Shown piece after piece: positions 56,276 to 64,000 of a DNA stretch of 64,000 bases. A program made the position numbers and the translations under genes. The notes under the pieces are model-generated. The model was not told the DNA's origin. It ran no database searches and saw nothing but the letters and a program-made list of their open reading frames with translations. Source of the DNA: Candidatus Latescibacterota bacterium (GTDB lineage Bacteria > Latescibacterota > UBA2968); NCBI GenBank assembly GCA_965207885.1, contig OZ242311.1, positions 3,296,001 to 3,360,000 on the forward strand, read 5' to 3'. The first letter of the stretch is position 1, and every line of letters starts with the position of its first letter.

Positions 56276-57283
56276 TCAAGTTTTTCCAGAGGGGTTATCT
56301 CGGCCTCCCAAAACTTTTCTCAAGCCCTCCTGAACCCGGCGATTTTGATTGTGCTGACGCACCCCCGCCTGAATCATAAACCGCGAAAGTCGGTCCTTCT
56401 TGGCCCTCATCCAGCGGTTCAACGGTGGATAGGCATACATCAGAAAACCAGAAAGACAAATCGTCAACGTAACATAGGCGACAATATCAGTATAAATATA
56501 CGCGTTGCTAGCACCCGCAAAAATAACCCCCGAATGCAACTCCAGCATGATTTTCCGGAAATCAGCAGATCGCACCATCACCAGAGAGGTAATAGACATC
56601 ACCGCCAACAAAATCATGCCGATCAACCCGGCCCAATAGTGTATCTTGCGATTGTACTTAAACACGGTATTGATAACCGTGCGGTCCTCCACCAGATGCT
56701 CAAATCCCGACAAACGCTCCATCTGCGCTTCGAGCAACTCATTGCGGTGGGCCATCTCCTCGCGCCGCAACATCATATCGACCAACCCACCGATTTGCGC
56801 GGCCACCTCGTGCAAAAAATCCTCATCATCTTTTGTAAAATACCCCGGATCGCCTTTCTTGTTCAGGAGTTCCAGCACACCTATCACCTCCCTGCGTCTG
56901 TTGTGCAGCGGAAAAGCCAGCATAGTATGCGTTTCATACCCAAGCTCATTGGAAAACAAGGGGTCTTTAGAGGTGTCTAAAACATTTCGTACATCGCCGC
57001 TATTAAACACATGCCCTGCGATACCTCTATTGCTCGGGATTCTCACCTGCGTGTCTTTTTCGACACCCGCACCAACATGCGTATATAGCTCATCCGTCAG
57101 GCGGTTGTGAAAAAAAATCGAACACTGTTCCGCCTCCAAATACGTGGAGATTTCATGTGCAATACCACTGATTAACCGCCCCTGGTTTGACGTCGCATTC
57201 ATCAACCGACTAATTGCCAACAGCGACTCCAAACGCTCCACGCGATCAGTGAGGTCTTGAGAAAGTTCGCTATCTTGTGCCAT
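56276..57283 (-). CDS. GAF domain fused to PepSY-associated TM helices
   Basis: GIAGHV..SG, VIGVLELLNKK...FTKDDE (NKFDE); C-terminal RKIHYWAGL, LELHSG, LSGFLMY. Confidence 0.75.
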   Translation of the reverse strand: MAQDSELSQDLTDRVERLESLLAISRLMNATSNQGRLISGIAHEISTYLEAEQCSIFFHNRLTDELYTHVGAGVEKDTQVRIPSNRGIAGHVFNSGDVRNVLDTSKDPLFSNELGYETHTMLAFPLHNRRREVIGVLELLNKKGDPGYFTKDDEDFLHEVAAQIGGLVDMMLRREEMAHRNELLEAQMERLSGFEHLVEDRTVINTVFKYNRKIHYWAGLIGMILLAVMSITSLVMVRSADFRKIMLELHSGVIFAGASNAYIYTDIVAYVTLTICLSGFLMYAYPPLNRWMRAKKDRLSRFMIQAGVRQHNQNRRVQEGLRKVLGGRDNPSGKT

Positions 57284-57389
57284 ATACCAACCTCGAATAT
57301 AAACTATATCCGATTGATACCAACGTTCAATGTTTCCAATATACAAAACTATTTGACGAAATACAAACTCCCTCCTCGTCTTTTAGCTC

Positions 57390-58034
57390 TCACCTCACCA
57401 ATTCCGCTGTACCCCACAAACTCGGATCATAAGACACGGGCAAAATCTCTTCTGCTGTCCAAACTTGTCGTCCCAGATTTTTGTCGCGCAGCAAATAAGT
57501 AAAACCGATCCGATTATTCTCATCGGGATCAAACCCGGTCATTGCAGTAGCGGGAATATGAGCTTCCAGACGATACCCCGTTTTGAGCACCTTTGAAGCC
57601 ACCTTTAGACGCTCGGGATCGCACAATCTCGGATGTGCTCTCGCCCGTCGCAGACGAAACTGCCTTCCCCCGGCTCGCCCCTTGCCCTTGCCCGGCCAAA
57701 AACAAAAATGATGACAGTAACGGCTTCCCCGAGGCGCATTACGCACATCGCGCGTATCAATCCACACCTGAAGTCCATCACCGCGCAATGGACTGCGAAC
57801 ATTGGGCGCACGCCCACCTCCACCTTTCACATCAACTGCGAAAAATAATCCGGTATCGTGCCAGGCCATATACACATCGGCAAAGGGATTTTTTCCCTCA
57901 ATCTCGGTCAAATCCGGTACCCAATAAGTCGCCTCCCAGTCATTGAGCACGCCATCAATCACCGGGACATCTGCGCGAAACACACAGGGAAAAGCCACCT
58001 GAAAAAACGCACGTTTGGGAATACCAATATTCAT
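57390..58034 (-). CDS. CBM9/DOMON-like sugar-binding domain protein
   Basis: PVIDGVLNDW, VYMAW..GLFFAVDV, DGLQVWIDTR, GYRLEAHIP, WG. Confidence 0.7.
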   Translation of the reverse strand: MNIGIPKRAFFQVAFPCVFRADVPVIDGVLNDWEATYWVPDLTEIEGKNPFADVYMAWHDTGLFFAVDVKGGGGRAPNVRSPLRGDGLQVWIDTRDVRNAPRGSRYCHHFCFWPGKGKGRAGGRQFRLRRARAHPRLCDPERLKVASKVLKTGYRLEAHIPATAMTGFDPDENNRIGFTYLLRDKNLGRQVWTAEEILPVSYDPSLWGTAELVR

Positions 58035-58038
58035 AACC

Positions 58039-61000
58039 TTAGCCCCCAGCCCCAACCTTGCGACCAAAAAGATTGGCAAAGATAAGAAAGTCGGGGAAAT
58101 TGACGATACCATCGCCGTCAAAATCAAATGTGGAATCAGAAGTTTGAAATGCACGGACAAAAGATAGGAAATCTGCGAAATCGACAACGCCACTACCATC
58201 GACATCGGCCCGCGCGAGAAGGCTCGGATCAACAATATCTGCAATCCTCGTCAGTCCAAGAGGCGTGCCACTTACATCAGAAATATTGAGAATAGTCAGC
58301 GTATATCGAGCGGGAAACGGCACGGCAAAAGACAGAACTGCCCGAGTATTTTGCCGGTCGAGAATCACTGATGTGGGTTGCCCAACACCGCCGAGCAGAT
58401 AACTCGACGGCAGTGCCGCATCTGATCCCATCTCTTCCGAAAAGAAAATTTGAATCTGGTTTTCCGACAGTGTTTCAACGCGCACGACTTCTGGCGCACG
58501 GTTCGGCGTGAGAGATACAATACCCGAGCGAAGGTTCTGATCAGCAGCGACAATCTGGTAGCGATAGGTCTGGCCTTCGGTCAGCAAGGAATCAATATAT
58601 ACCGTGTGATCGCTGATCTCATCAAAATAATCGAGCGCGCCATTGCCGACAGCGCGATAAATCTGGTAAGAAGACGCATCTGGCACTTGCATCCAGTCTA
58701 TTTCAACGCGGGTTGGCCCCAGAGGCCGCGCGCGTATAATCTGAGGCGACCCCACCTCAACTGGCGGTTCATCGCGTTCAACAATATGTACTGCGCCATC
58801 AAAATTAAAAAGCAATTCATAGCGAAAATCTTTGTCCAGATCCGCAATGAGTGCGCGGCGCATCAAACCCACTGGCGTATGCCATATCGGGCGATAGTGA
58901 TCGGGTTTTTCAGCGCGAAAAGCATAGAGGTCGGGGCGCAGACATACTATCAGATCGGCAAGGCCATCCCCATCGACATCCCCTGCTGAAATCCCATTGC
59001 CCGTGGTCGCCACCCCGTGGATTCGCGTCGTCCATTCACGCGCATAAGTATCGGGCGCACGCATGCTGTAAATTTCCAGCTCCCAGAAACCATTGGAAGC
59101 CTCATACGCATCTGTGTATGCGCGAGCAACTGCAAACTCGACCGATCCATCGCCATCCAAATCCATACCCCCGCCAATCCATCGCGCATCCCCATCGCCC
59201 GGCAAGTACCATGTCTGCACGTATCTTCCCGCGCGATATTCGTACATCCAAAGATCGCCATCGGCATCACCAGCGAGAATTTCCTGCTGTTCATCTCGAT
59301 CAAAGTCCGCAACCACAAAGCGCGGACCGGGATCTCCACCACCTTCCGAGGGATCAACGAGAAATGTCTCCTCGCGGATCACACTGCCGAGATTGCGAAT
59401 CACGCGGATACCGCGCTGATCGCCTGCGCGAGCGATAATATCGGGAATGCTATCGCCATCCACATCGGCAAAATCGCCGCCCCATGTGCCGCGCTGTTCG
59501 AATTCCACCTGCGCGGGATAGGGATTGGAGAAACTATCTGTAAAAAGCACGAGACGCTCATAAGTCACGCCCAATAAATCATCGGTCCCATCATTTGTAA
59601 TATCGCCAATTGCCCAGGGTAAAAAACGCTCATCGCTTTGAAATTCATCGATAAATGTACCATCCGCCTGGCGTTCGTAAATATGCACTGACCCATAAGA
59701 ACCGCCTCCAACATAGGGCATAAGCGCGATTTCCAGCCTGCCATCGCGGTCGAAATCCGACGCGCGGTCGGGCAAAAAACCATCGGGCAATGTGCCCCTT
59801 TCCACAAAGCCATTTTGTGGGACGCGAAATGGAACATAATCAATTGTCTGCGCCGGATGCACCGCGCGGATATTATTTTCCCCATCGGCTAAAACGTGAA
59901 ATGTAACGACACCTGATGGCAATGTGTGGGGCAGAACAACGCGGTGTTTGTTTTGCACCAGGCCGGTGTACAGAGTATCAAAATTCGTGCCATAGCGATA
60001 AGCAATACCCCCGTGTGCGCGCTGATCGGTTCGCCAGCGACATTCAAAAACGCGGCGGTCGTCCTCCAATACATCGCCACACACAAGTGCATTGATAGAG
60101 GGTGCTATTTTTTCAATGGCAACGCGAACGCGGTCCTCTACGACCACACCATCCGACAAATCTGCCTCGAGTCTCAAAACCACGTCAGAATCTGCAAAAG
60201 CAGAAACATCCCACGTCTGACGAATGTCCTGAGGGGGCAAACCCTCTGCGAGACGTGTCCATGTTTGTGGATCGCGTCCCATACCATAAGACAGTCGATA
60301 ACCCGTGACCTGCGCGCCCGAAACAGAAGCGCGAATATCAAACGCAGTATCTTCTCCCTCGTCATTGGCGGGAGATCGAATCGCAACCGTCAGCGAATCG
60401 AAAGTACTCAGGCGGTCTGCGAGTTGCGCGCCACTCACACGCCCTGCGCCGTAGTCATTATCGTGCCCCGGCGGCCCCAGGTCAATCGCAGATGCGATGA
60501 GCAAATTGCGTACAGAGTGAGGCGAAAGATCGGGCCGACGCGAGAGAATCAGCGCGGCCAAACCGGATATGTGAGGCGCGGAAAAAGAAGTGCCAGAACC
60601 AGACGCATAGCGATTATCGAGACGTGTGCTGAGAATACTGACACCCGGCGCAACCAGATCGAGCGACGCGCCCGTGCTGCTAAAGCCCGCCAGGCGATCG
60701 GCGTGATTTACCGCACCTACGGCAATCGTATAGTGATTGCCCGCGGGATATCCCAACTCATCTCCCGAGTTGCCCGCAGAGGTGACGAGCACAACGCCTT
60801 GAGCGTGTGCATATTGGATTACATCGCCCAAAATAAAAGTGCGCTCGGGTCCACCCAAACTCATATTAACGACATGCGCGCCATTTTCCGCGGCATAGAG
60901 AATAGCCGCAGCAATATCGTCTTCTTCGAGAAAGCCAATACCTCCAAGCCGTCTCAACCCCGCTCGCAATGCCATAATCTGTGCATTGGGTGCAACACCG

Positions 61001-61749
61001 ACAATACCTCGATTGTTATTCACCGCAGCTGCAACAATACCAGCAACGCGCGTACCGTGCGACGATTCATCCTGCGGATCGTTGTCGCGATTGAGATAAT
61101 CGCCCGTTCCCGGCAAACCGGGCGCATGGGTAAAATCCCACCCCCTTATATCGTCGATATACCCATTCCCATCGTCATCAACGCCAGACATGCCGTTCAC
61201 TTCTGCGGCATTGTGCCAGATATTATCGCGCAAGTCTTCGTGGTTGTAATCGACGCCAGAATCAATGATCGCGACAATGATCTGTTCTCGAACGGGACCG
61301 AGATTTTGTTGCAATAGCTCCCAATCGATGGTCTGAAGGCTGCGTTGATCGCCGTAGTGAGGGTCATCGGGCACCTGGTGGTGCGTAAACAAATAATTGG
61401 GCTGTGCGTAAACAACATCGGGACGCAATGCGTAATCGGCTGCGGCTGCGACCGGATCGCCCGATAAATGAACGCGGTACACGCGCGTCAAAGGATGGGG
61501 ATAAACTGCCTTAGCACTTCGCGGCGTAAAAAGCGGTTCAATCGCCGTCACGCCATGGAGCTCTGATAGATCGCGGAATTGTGCAATTGCTGGCTTTGCG
61601 TTGCGAAATTTGACGAGAATTTGCCCGGGAGAATATGTGGGCTGCGCGTGTGCTATCTGTAAAAAACAACCACTAATAACTACAGCAAGCGCGTAACACC
61701 ACCTCAGTCCTCGCTTTTCTCTGTGTCTCTGTGTCTTCGTGTGAGCCAT
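58039..61749 (-). CDS. Secreted S8 subtilase with FG-GAP repeats, FnIII/Ig-like domains and a dockerin/EF-hand-like tail
   Basis: Catalytic triad IIDSG, HGTRVAG, GTSFSAP; D.D.DG..E/D repeats; DVDGSGVVDFADFL / DFDGDGIVNFPDFL. Confidence 0.92.
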   Translation of the reverse strand: MAHTKTQRHREKRGLRWCYALAVVISGCFLQIAHAQPTYSPGQILVKFRNAKPAIAQFRDLSELHGVTAIEPLFTPRSAKAVYPHPLTRVYRVHLSGDPVAAAADYALRPDVVYAQPNYLFTHHQVPDDPHYGDQRSLQTIDWELLQQNLGPVREQIIVAIIDSGVDYNHEDLRDNIWHNAAEVNGMSGVDDDGNGYIDDIRGWDFTHAPGLPGTGDYLNRDNDPQDESSHGTRVAGIVAAAVNNNRGIVGVAPNAQIMALRAGLRRLGGIGFLEEDDIAAAILYAAENGAHVVNMSLGGPERTFILGDVIQYAHAQGVVLVTSAGNSGDELGYPAGNHYTIAVGAVNHADRLAGFSSTGASLDLVAPGVSILSTRLDNRYASGSGTSFSAPHISGLAALILSRRPDLSPHSVRNLLIASAIDLGPPGHDNDYGAGRVSGAQLADRLSTFDSLTVAIRSPANDEGEDTAFDIRASVSGAQVTGYRLSYGMGRDPQTWTRLAEGLPPQDIRQTWDVSAFADSDVVLRLEADLSDGVVVEDRVRVAIEKIAPSINALVCGDVLEDDRRVFECRWRTDQRAHGGIAYRYGTNFDTLYTGLVQNKHRVVLPHTLPSGVVTFHVLADGENNIRAVHPAQTIDYVPFRVPQNGFVERGTLPDGFLPDRASDFDRDGRLEIALMPYVGGGSYGSVHIYERQADGTFIDEFQSDERFLPWAIGDITNDGTDDLLGVTYERLVLFTDSFSNPYPAQVEFEQRGTWGGDFADVDGDSIPDIIARAGDQRGIRVIRNLGSVIREETFLVDPSEGGGDPGPRFVVADFDRDEQQEILAGDADGDLWMYEYRAGRYVQTWYLPGDGDARWIGGGMDLDGDGSVEFAVARAYTDAYEASNGFWELEIYSMRAPDTYAREWTTRIHGVATTGNGISAGDVDGDGLADLIVCLRPDLYAFRAEKPDHYRPIWHTPVGLMRRALIADLDKDFRYELLFNFDGAVHIVERDEPPVEVGSPQIIRARPLGPTRVEIDWMQVPDASSYQIYRAVGNGALDYFDEISDHTVYIDSLLTEGQTYRYQIVAADQNLRSGIVSLTPNRAPEVVRVETLSENQIQIFFSEEMGSDAALPSSYLLGGVGQPTSVILDRQNTRAVLSFAVPFPARYTLTILNISDVSGTPLGLTRIADIVDPSLLARADVDGSGVVDFADFLSFVRAFQTSDSTFDFDGDGIVNFPDFLIFANLFGRKVGAGG

Positions 61750-61762
61750 CCCACCCTCACCT

Positions 61763-62962
61763 TTATTTTTTTCTGCTTCTCACCTCACCATACTCAGAAG
61801 GCAGCAGCGCCACCAGAAGTGTTGCCGGGATAAGCACCAGGGATACAACCACAAGCGCAGTCGCAGTAGAGGTCCACTCTGCAAGGCTCCCCACGCCGAT
61901 CATAGCAAGGCCCGCCATGCCCCAGGAAAATCCCATCACCAATCCCGTCGCCGTACTCGTATTGTGCGGCAAGGCACGCTGTGCCAGAGATATATTCGTC
62001 GTAATACCGAGATCAAACAAATACCCCGCCACAAAAAACGAAATAAGCGATACGTATCCGTCTGTCAGACAAAAACCAGCGTGAAAAATTGCGGATGAGG
62101 CACACGAAAAAGCCAGGAGTTTGCGCTGAGACATGCGATCTGCCAGATAACCACCTGTGATGCGCCCCAGCGTGCTGGAAAGCAAATAGCCGGAAAAAAC
62201 CCAACCAATTTCGCTGGTAGCCCAGCCGCGAGACGCTCCCAGAATAGCTGTAAAACTGACAAATCCCGTGTGAATAATAGAGCGCAACACACTAATCGCA
62301 AAAAGCGTCCATAGAGAGCGGGCTTTTTTTAAAATGGAGAAATCGATTTTACCCGCAGTTACGCGGCGTTCACGCACGGGAACTTTTCGAGATTGCCACA
62401 GAATAAATGGCGCCAGAATCAGGACGGGGATAACAATAAGCCACAGATATTGGATGCCGTATCGCTCGACAATTTGCGTCCCGGTAATCGAAGCGAGCGC
62501 CATCCCCGTTGTTCCCCCCGTCAGAAAAATAGCCATAGACAGATTGGCACGATGCGGCGTTAGAGCAGTAACCAATCCCCCGGCGGTGGGATGAAAAAGA
62601 GAGGATCCAAAAGACGCGAAAATCAAAAAAATAGCGAGTGTATAAGCGGTGGGCGCAAAGCCTATACAGGAGACAAAAATGCCCGTGACAAAAAGTCCCA
62701 GGGCAACGAGGGCCATGCGATCGCGTCCATCGCTAAAATATCCCATAAAGGGCTGCGTGATAGAACCGCAAAAGACAATCACCGTGGGCAAATAGGCAAA
62801 CTGCGCTACCGTGAGATTGTAATGACTCTGAAAAAAAGCCCACAATGGCGGCGTAAGGACCATATAAAAATCCAACGCCAGGTGTGCAGCGGTAATATAA
62901 AAAACAGGGCGCAAATCCCCTCTTGAAGCAGAGCGAAAAGAGGGCGCGGTTTCTGTGGACAT
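61763..62962 (-). CDS. MFS transporter (Fsr-like)
   Basis: HLALDFY, QPFMGYFSD, GSSLFHP, GGYLADRM; about 12 TM. Confidence 0.9.
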   Translation of the reverse strand: MSTETAPSFRSASRGDLRPVFYITAAHLALDFYMVLTPPLWAFFQSHYNLTVAQFAYLPTVIVFCGSITQPFMGYFSDGRDRMALVALGLFVTGIFVSCIGFAPTAYTLAIFLIFASFGSSLFHPTAGGLVTALTPHRANLSMAIFLTGGTTGMALASITGTQIVERYGIQYLWLIVIPVLILAPFILWQSRKVPVRERRVTAGKIDFSILKKARSLWTLFAISVLRSIIHTGFVSFTAILGASRGWATSEIGWVFSGYLLSSTLGRITGGYLADRMSQRKLLAFSCASSAIFHAGFCLTDGYVSLISFFVAGYLFDLGITTNISLAQRALPHNTSTATGLVMGFSWGMAGLAMIGVGSLAEWTSTATALVVVSLVLIPATLLVALLPSEYGEVRSRKK

Positions 62963-62977
62963 AGAATCGTCTTCCCC

Positions 62978-63337
62978 TCACAACCCGGCGCGTTGGAGAA
63001 TAACCTCGCAGAGTTTTTCGTGCAGGCCAAGAGGTTCGGTAACGCGGATATGTACATCTGGATATGCAGCCCCCGCTTCTGTTGCCATACGCGGAATATC
63101 CTCCGTGGCATGGCGTCCGGGAGACAGCATGTAGGGATGAACAACGATCTCACTCGCTCCCTCGCGCACACATGCATCAATGCCCTGGCTGATAGTGGGT
63201 TCGGCCAGTTCCATGTGCGCGACCTGGACAATGATCTCGGGGCGTTCTTGCCGCAAAATATCGGCAACGCCGTAAAGCATCTGATTGGCTTCTTCACGCC
63301 TGGAACCGTGATCGACAATGAGAAGTGCAGTAGGCAT
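62978..63337 (-). CDS. Short CbiX/SirB-type chelatase domain protein
   Basis: DHGSRR..AN, AHMELAEP, PYMLSPGRH..EDIP, EPLG.H. Confidence 0.88.
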   Translation of the reverse strand: MPTALLIVDHGSRREEANQMLYGVADILRQERPEIIVQVAHMELAEPTISQGIDACVREGASEIVVHPYMLSPGRHATEDIPRMATEAGAAYPDVHIRVTEPLGLHEKLCEVILQRAGL

Positions 63338-63421
63338 GTTAGTAAATGCGAATCTACGACAAAGTTTGTAACGATACTGACTTACATCATGTCAGCACAG
63401 GCTCTGGGTAGCAGGGTGGGG

Positions 63422-63486
63422 TTCGTCTATTCGTCGATGAACTGGCCTGAGAAACGGCCAGTTGTACACCGCTTCGTCTATTCGTC
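63422..63486. repeat. 33-bp hairpin element (63438-63470) flanked by 14-bp direct repeats
   Basis: TTCGTCTATTCGTC at 63422-63435 and 63473-63486; stem AACTGGCC/GGCCAGTT. Confidence 0.65.
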
Positions 63487-64000
63487 CAGCCACGCTTCAA
63501 TTCGCTGTTCATCCCCGTCGGTCCACGGCGCAATATCCTCAATACAAAGGCGGTCATGACCGCTATAGACGCGGGCCATCGTATCCTCATAAATCCCTTC
63601 TTTTCGCGCCTGCTCGCGCCATGCGACAAAGTTTTTGCGGTCGTATTCTTTTGCTCGCGCATCAATGCCTTCGCAATCGAAATTGGTGGTCAGCACCCGA
63701 TCTAATTCGCGGGCGTTTCCCGGTTTGTCATGGACGAGATCCGTGGTTTCGTCGGGGTCGTCTTTGAGATTGAAGAGCTCGGATTCAAAACCCGTGTGCT
63801 TGACGTATTTCCAGTCGCCCTGGCGCAACATAAAAGTGCCTGTGGCACAGCGATCGCCGTGGTATTCGCACATCGCCCAATCGCGCTTGCGCTCCGTCCC
63901 CTCAACGAGTTGCGAAAATAGAGATTCGCCGTCCAGTGCATCGGGATACGCTGCATTATCCGCATAATCGCCATAGCGAATACGCGCCATATCCATAAAT
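63478..64000 (-). CDS. Sulfatase (choline-sulfatase-like), C-terminal part
   Basis: LDGESL, CEYHG, MLRQGDWKYV, ELFNLKDDPDETTDL; runs off the window end. Confidence 0.85.
   Translation of the reverse strand, partial: FMDMARIRYGDYADNAAYPDALDGESLFSQLVEGTERKRDWAMCEYHGDRCATGTFMLRQGDWKYVKHTGFESELFNLKDDPDETTDLVHDKPGNARELDRVLTTNFDCEGIDARAKEYDRKNFVAWREQARKEGIYEDTMARVYSGHDRLCIEDIAPWTDGDEQRIEAWLDE

Noticed and set aside
59926-61317. 463-aa plus-strand ORF (likewise 5362-6459 and 34950-35864)
   Set aside because: Antisense shadows of well-supported minus-strand genes.
63338-63420. Cobalamin riboswitch upstream of the cbiX-like gene
   Set aside because: The region is short and lacks the B12-box consensus; only a weak CTGAC/GTCAG hairpin is present.
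63422-63486. Mini-CRISPR (two repeats and a 37-bp spacer)
   Set aside because: The repeats are only 14 bp, there are just two, the 'spacer' is itself a dispersed repeat, and no cas genes are present.

Overview
A 64-kb bacterial chromosomal window with about 57 protein-coding genes, mostly on the minus strand. No rRNA, tRNA or CRISPR array is recognisable. Inference: the gene content suggests a Candidatus Latescibacterota/Gemmatimonadota-like FCB-group heterotroph. The signs are multiple Gfo/Idh/MocA, PhyH and enolase-superfamily genes, a DUF6785-type membrane protein, TonB receptors with an N-terminal carboxypeptidase-regulatory-like domain, and secreted proteases with C-terminal dockerin/EF-hand-like tails. 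Main blocks: sugar-acid catabolism (1-15.7 kb); a tnpB-only IS200/IS605 element with intact RuvC motifs that truncates a VOC gene; an orphan M.NlaIII/M.HpyI-like methyltransferase; a TonB receptor-BCCT-TonB receptor sandwich; lysC/hprK/hpf/rsbW; a GT3-like glycogen synthase cluster; a Mn/Fe homeostasis cluster with four DtxR-type domains (troABCD-like, feoAB); a domain-duplicated UxaA; SRAP; brnTA; an AT-rich three-gene cassette; and an S8 protease operon. Strongest leads: (i) a hidden selenoprotein missed by the ORF track (Spx/ArsC family, UxxC, with a downstream SECIS-like hairpin); (ii) an AT-rich cassette of a NucS-like PD-(D/E)xK nuclease plus two unknown helical proteins, a candidate defence system; (iii) a cNMP-type GAF domain fused to a miniature PepSY-TM module, co-oriented with a cytochrome c'-like lipoprotein; (iv) a structured orphan RNA candidate and a dispersed 33-bp hairpin element. 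All product calls come from motif recognition only; no database searches were run.
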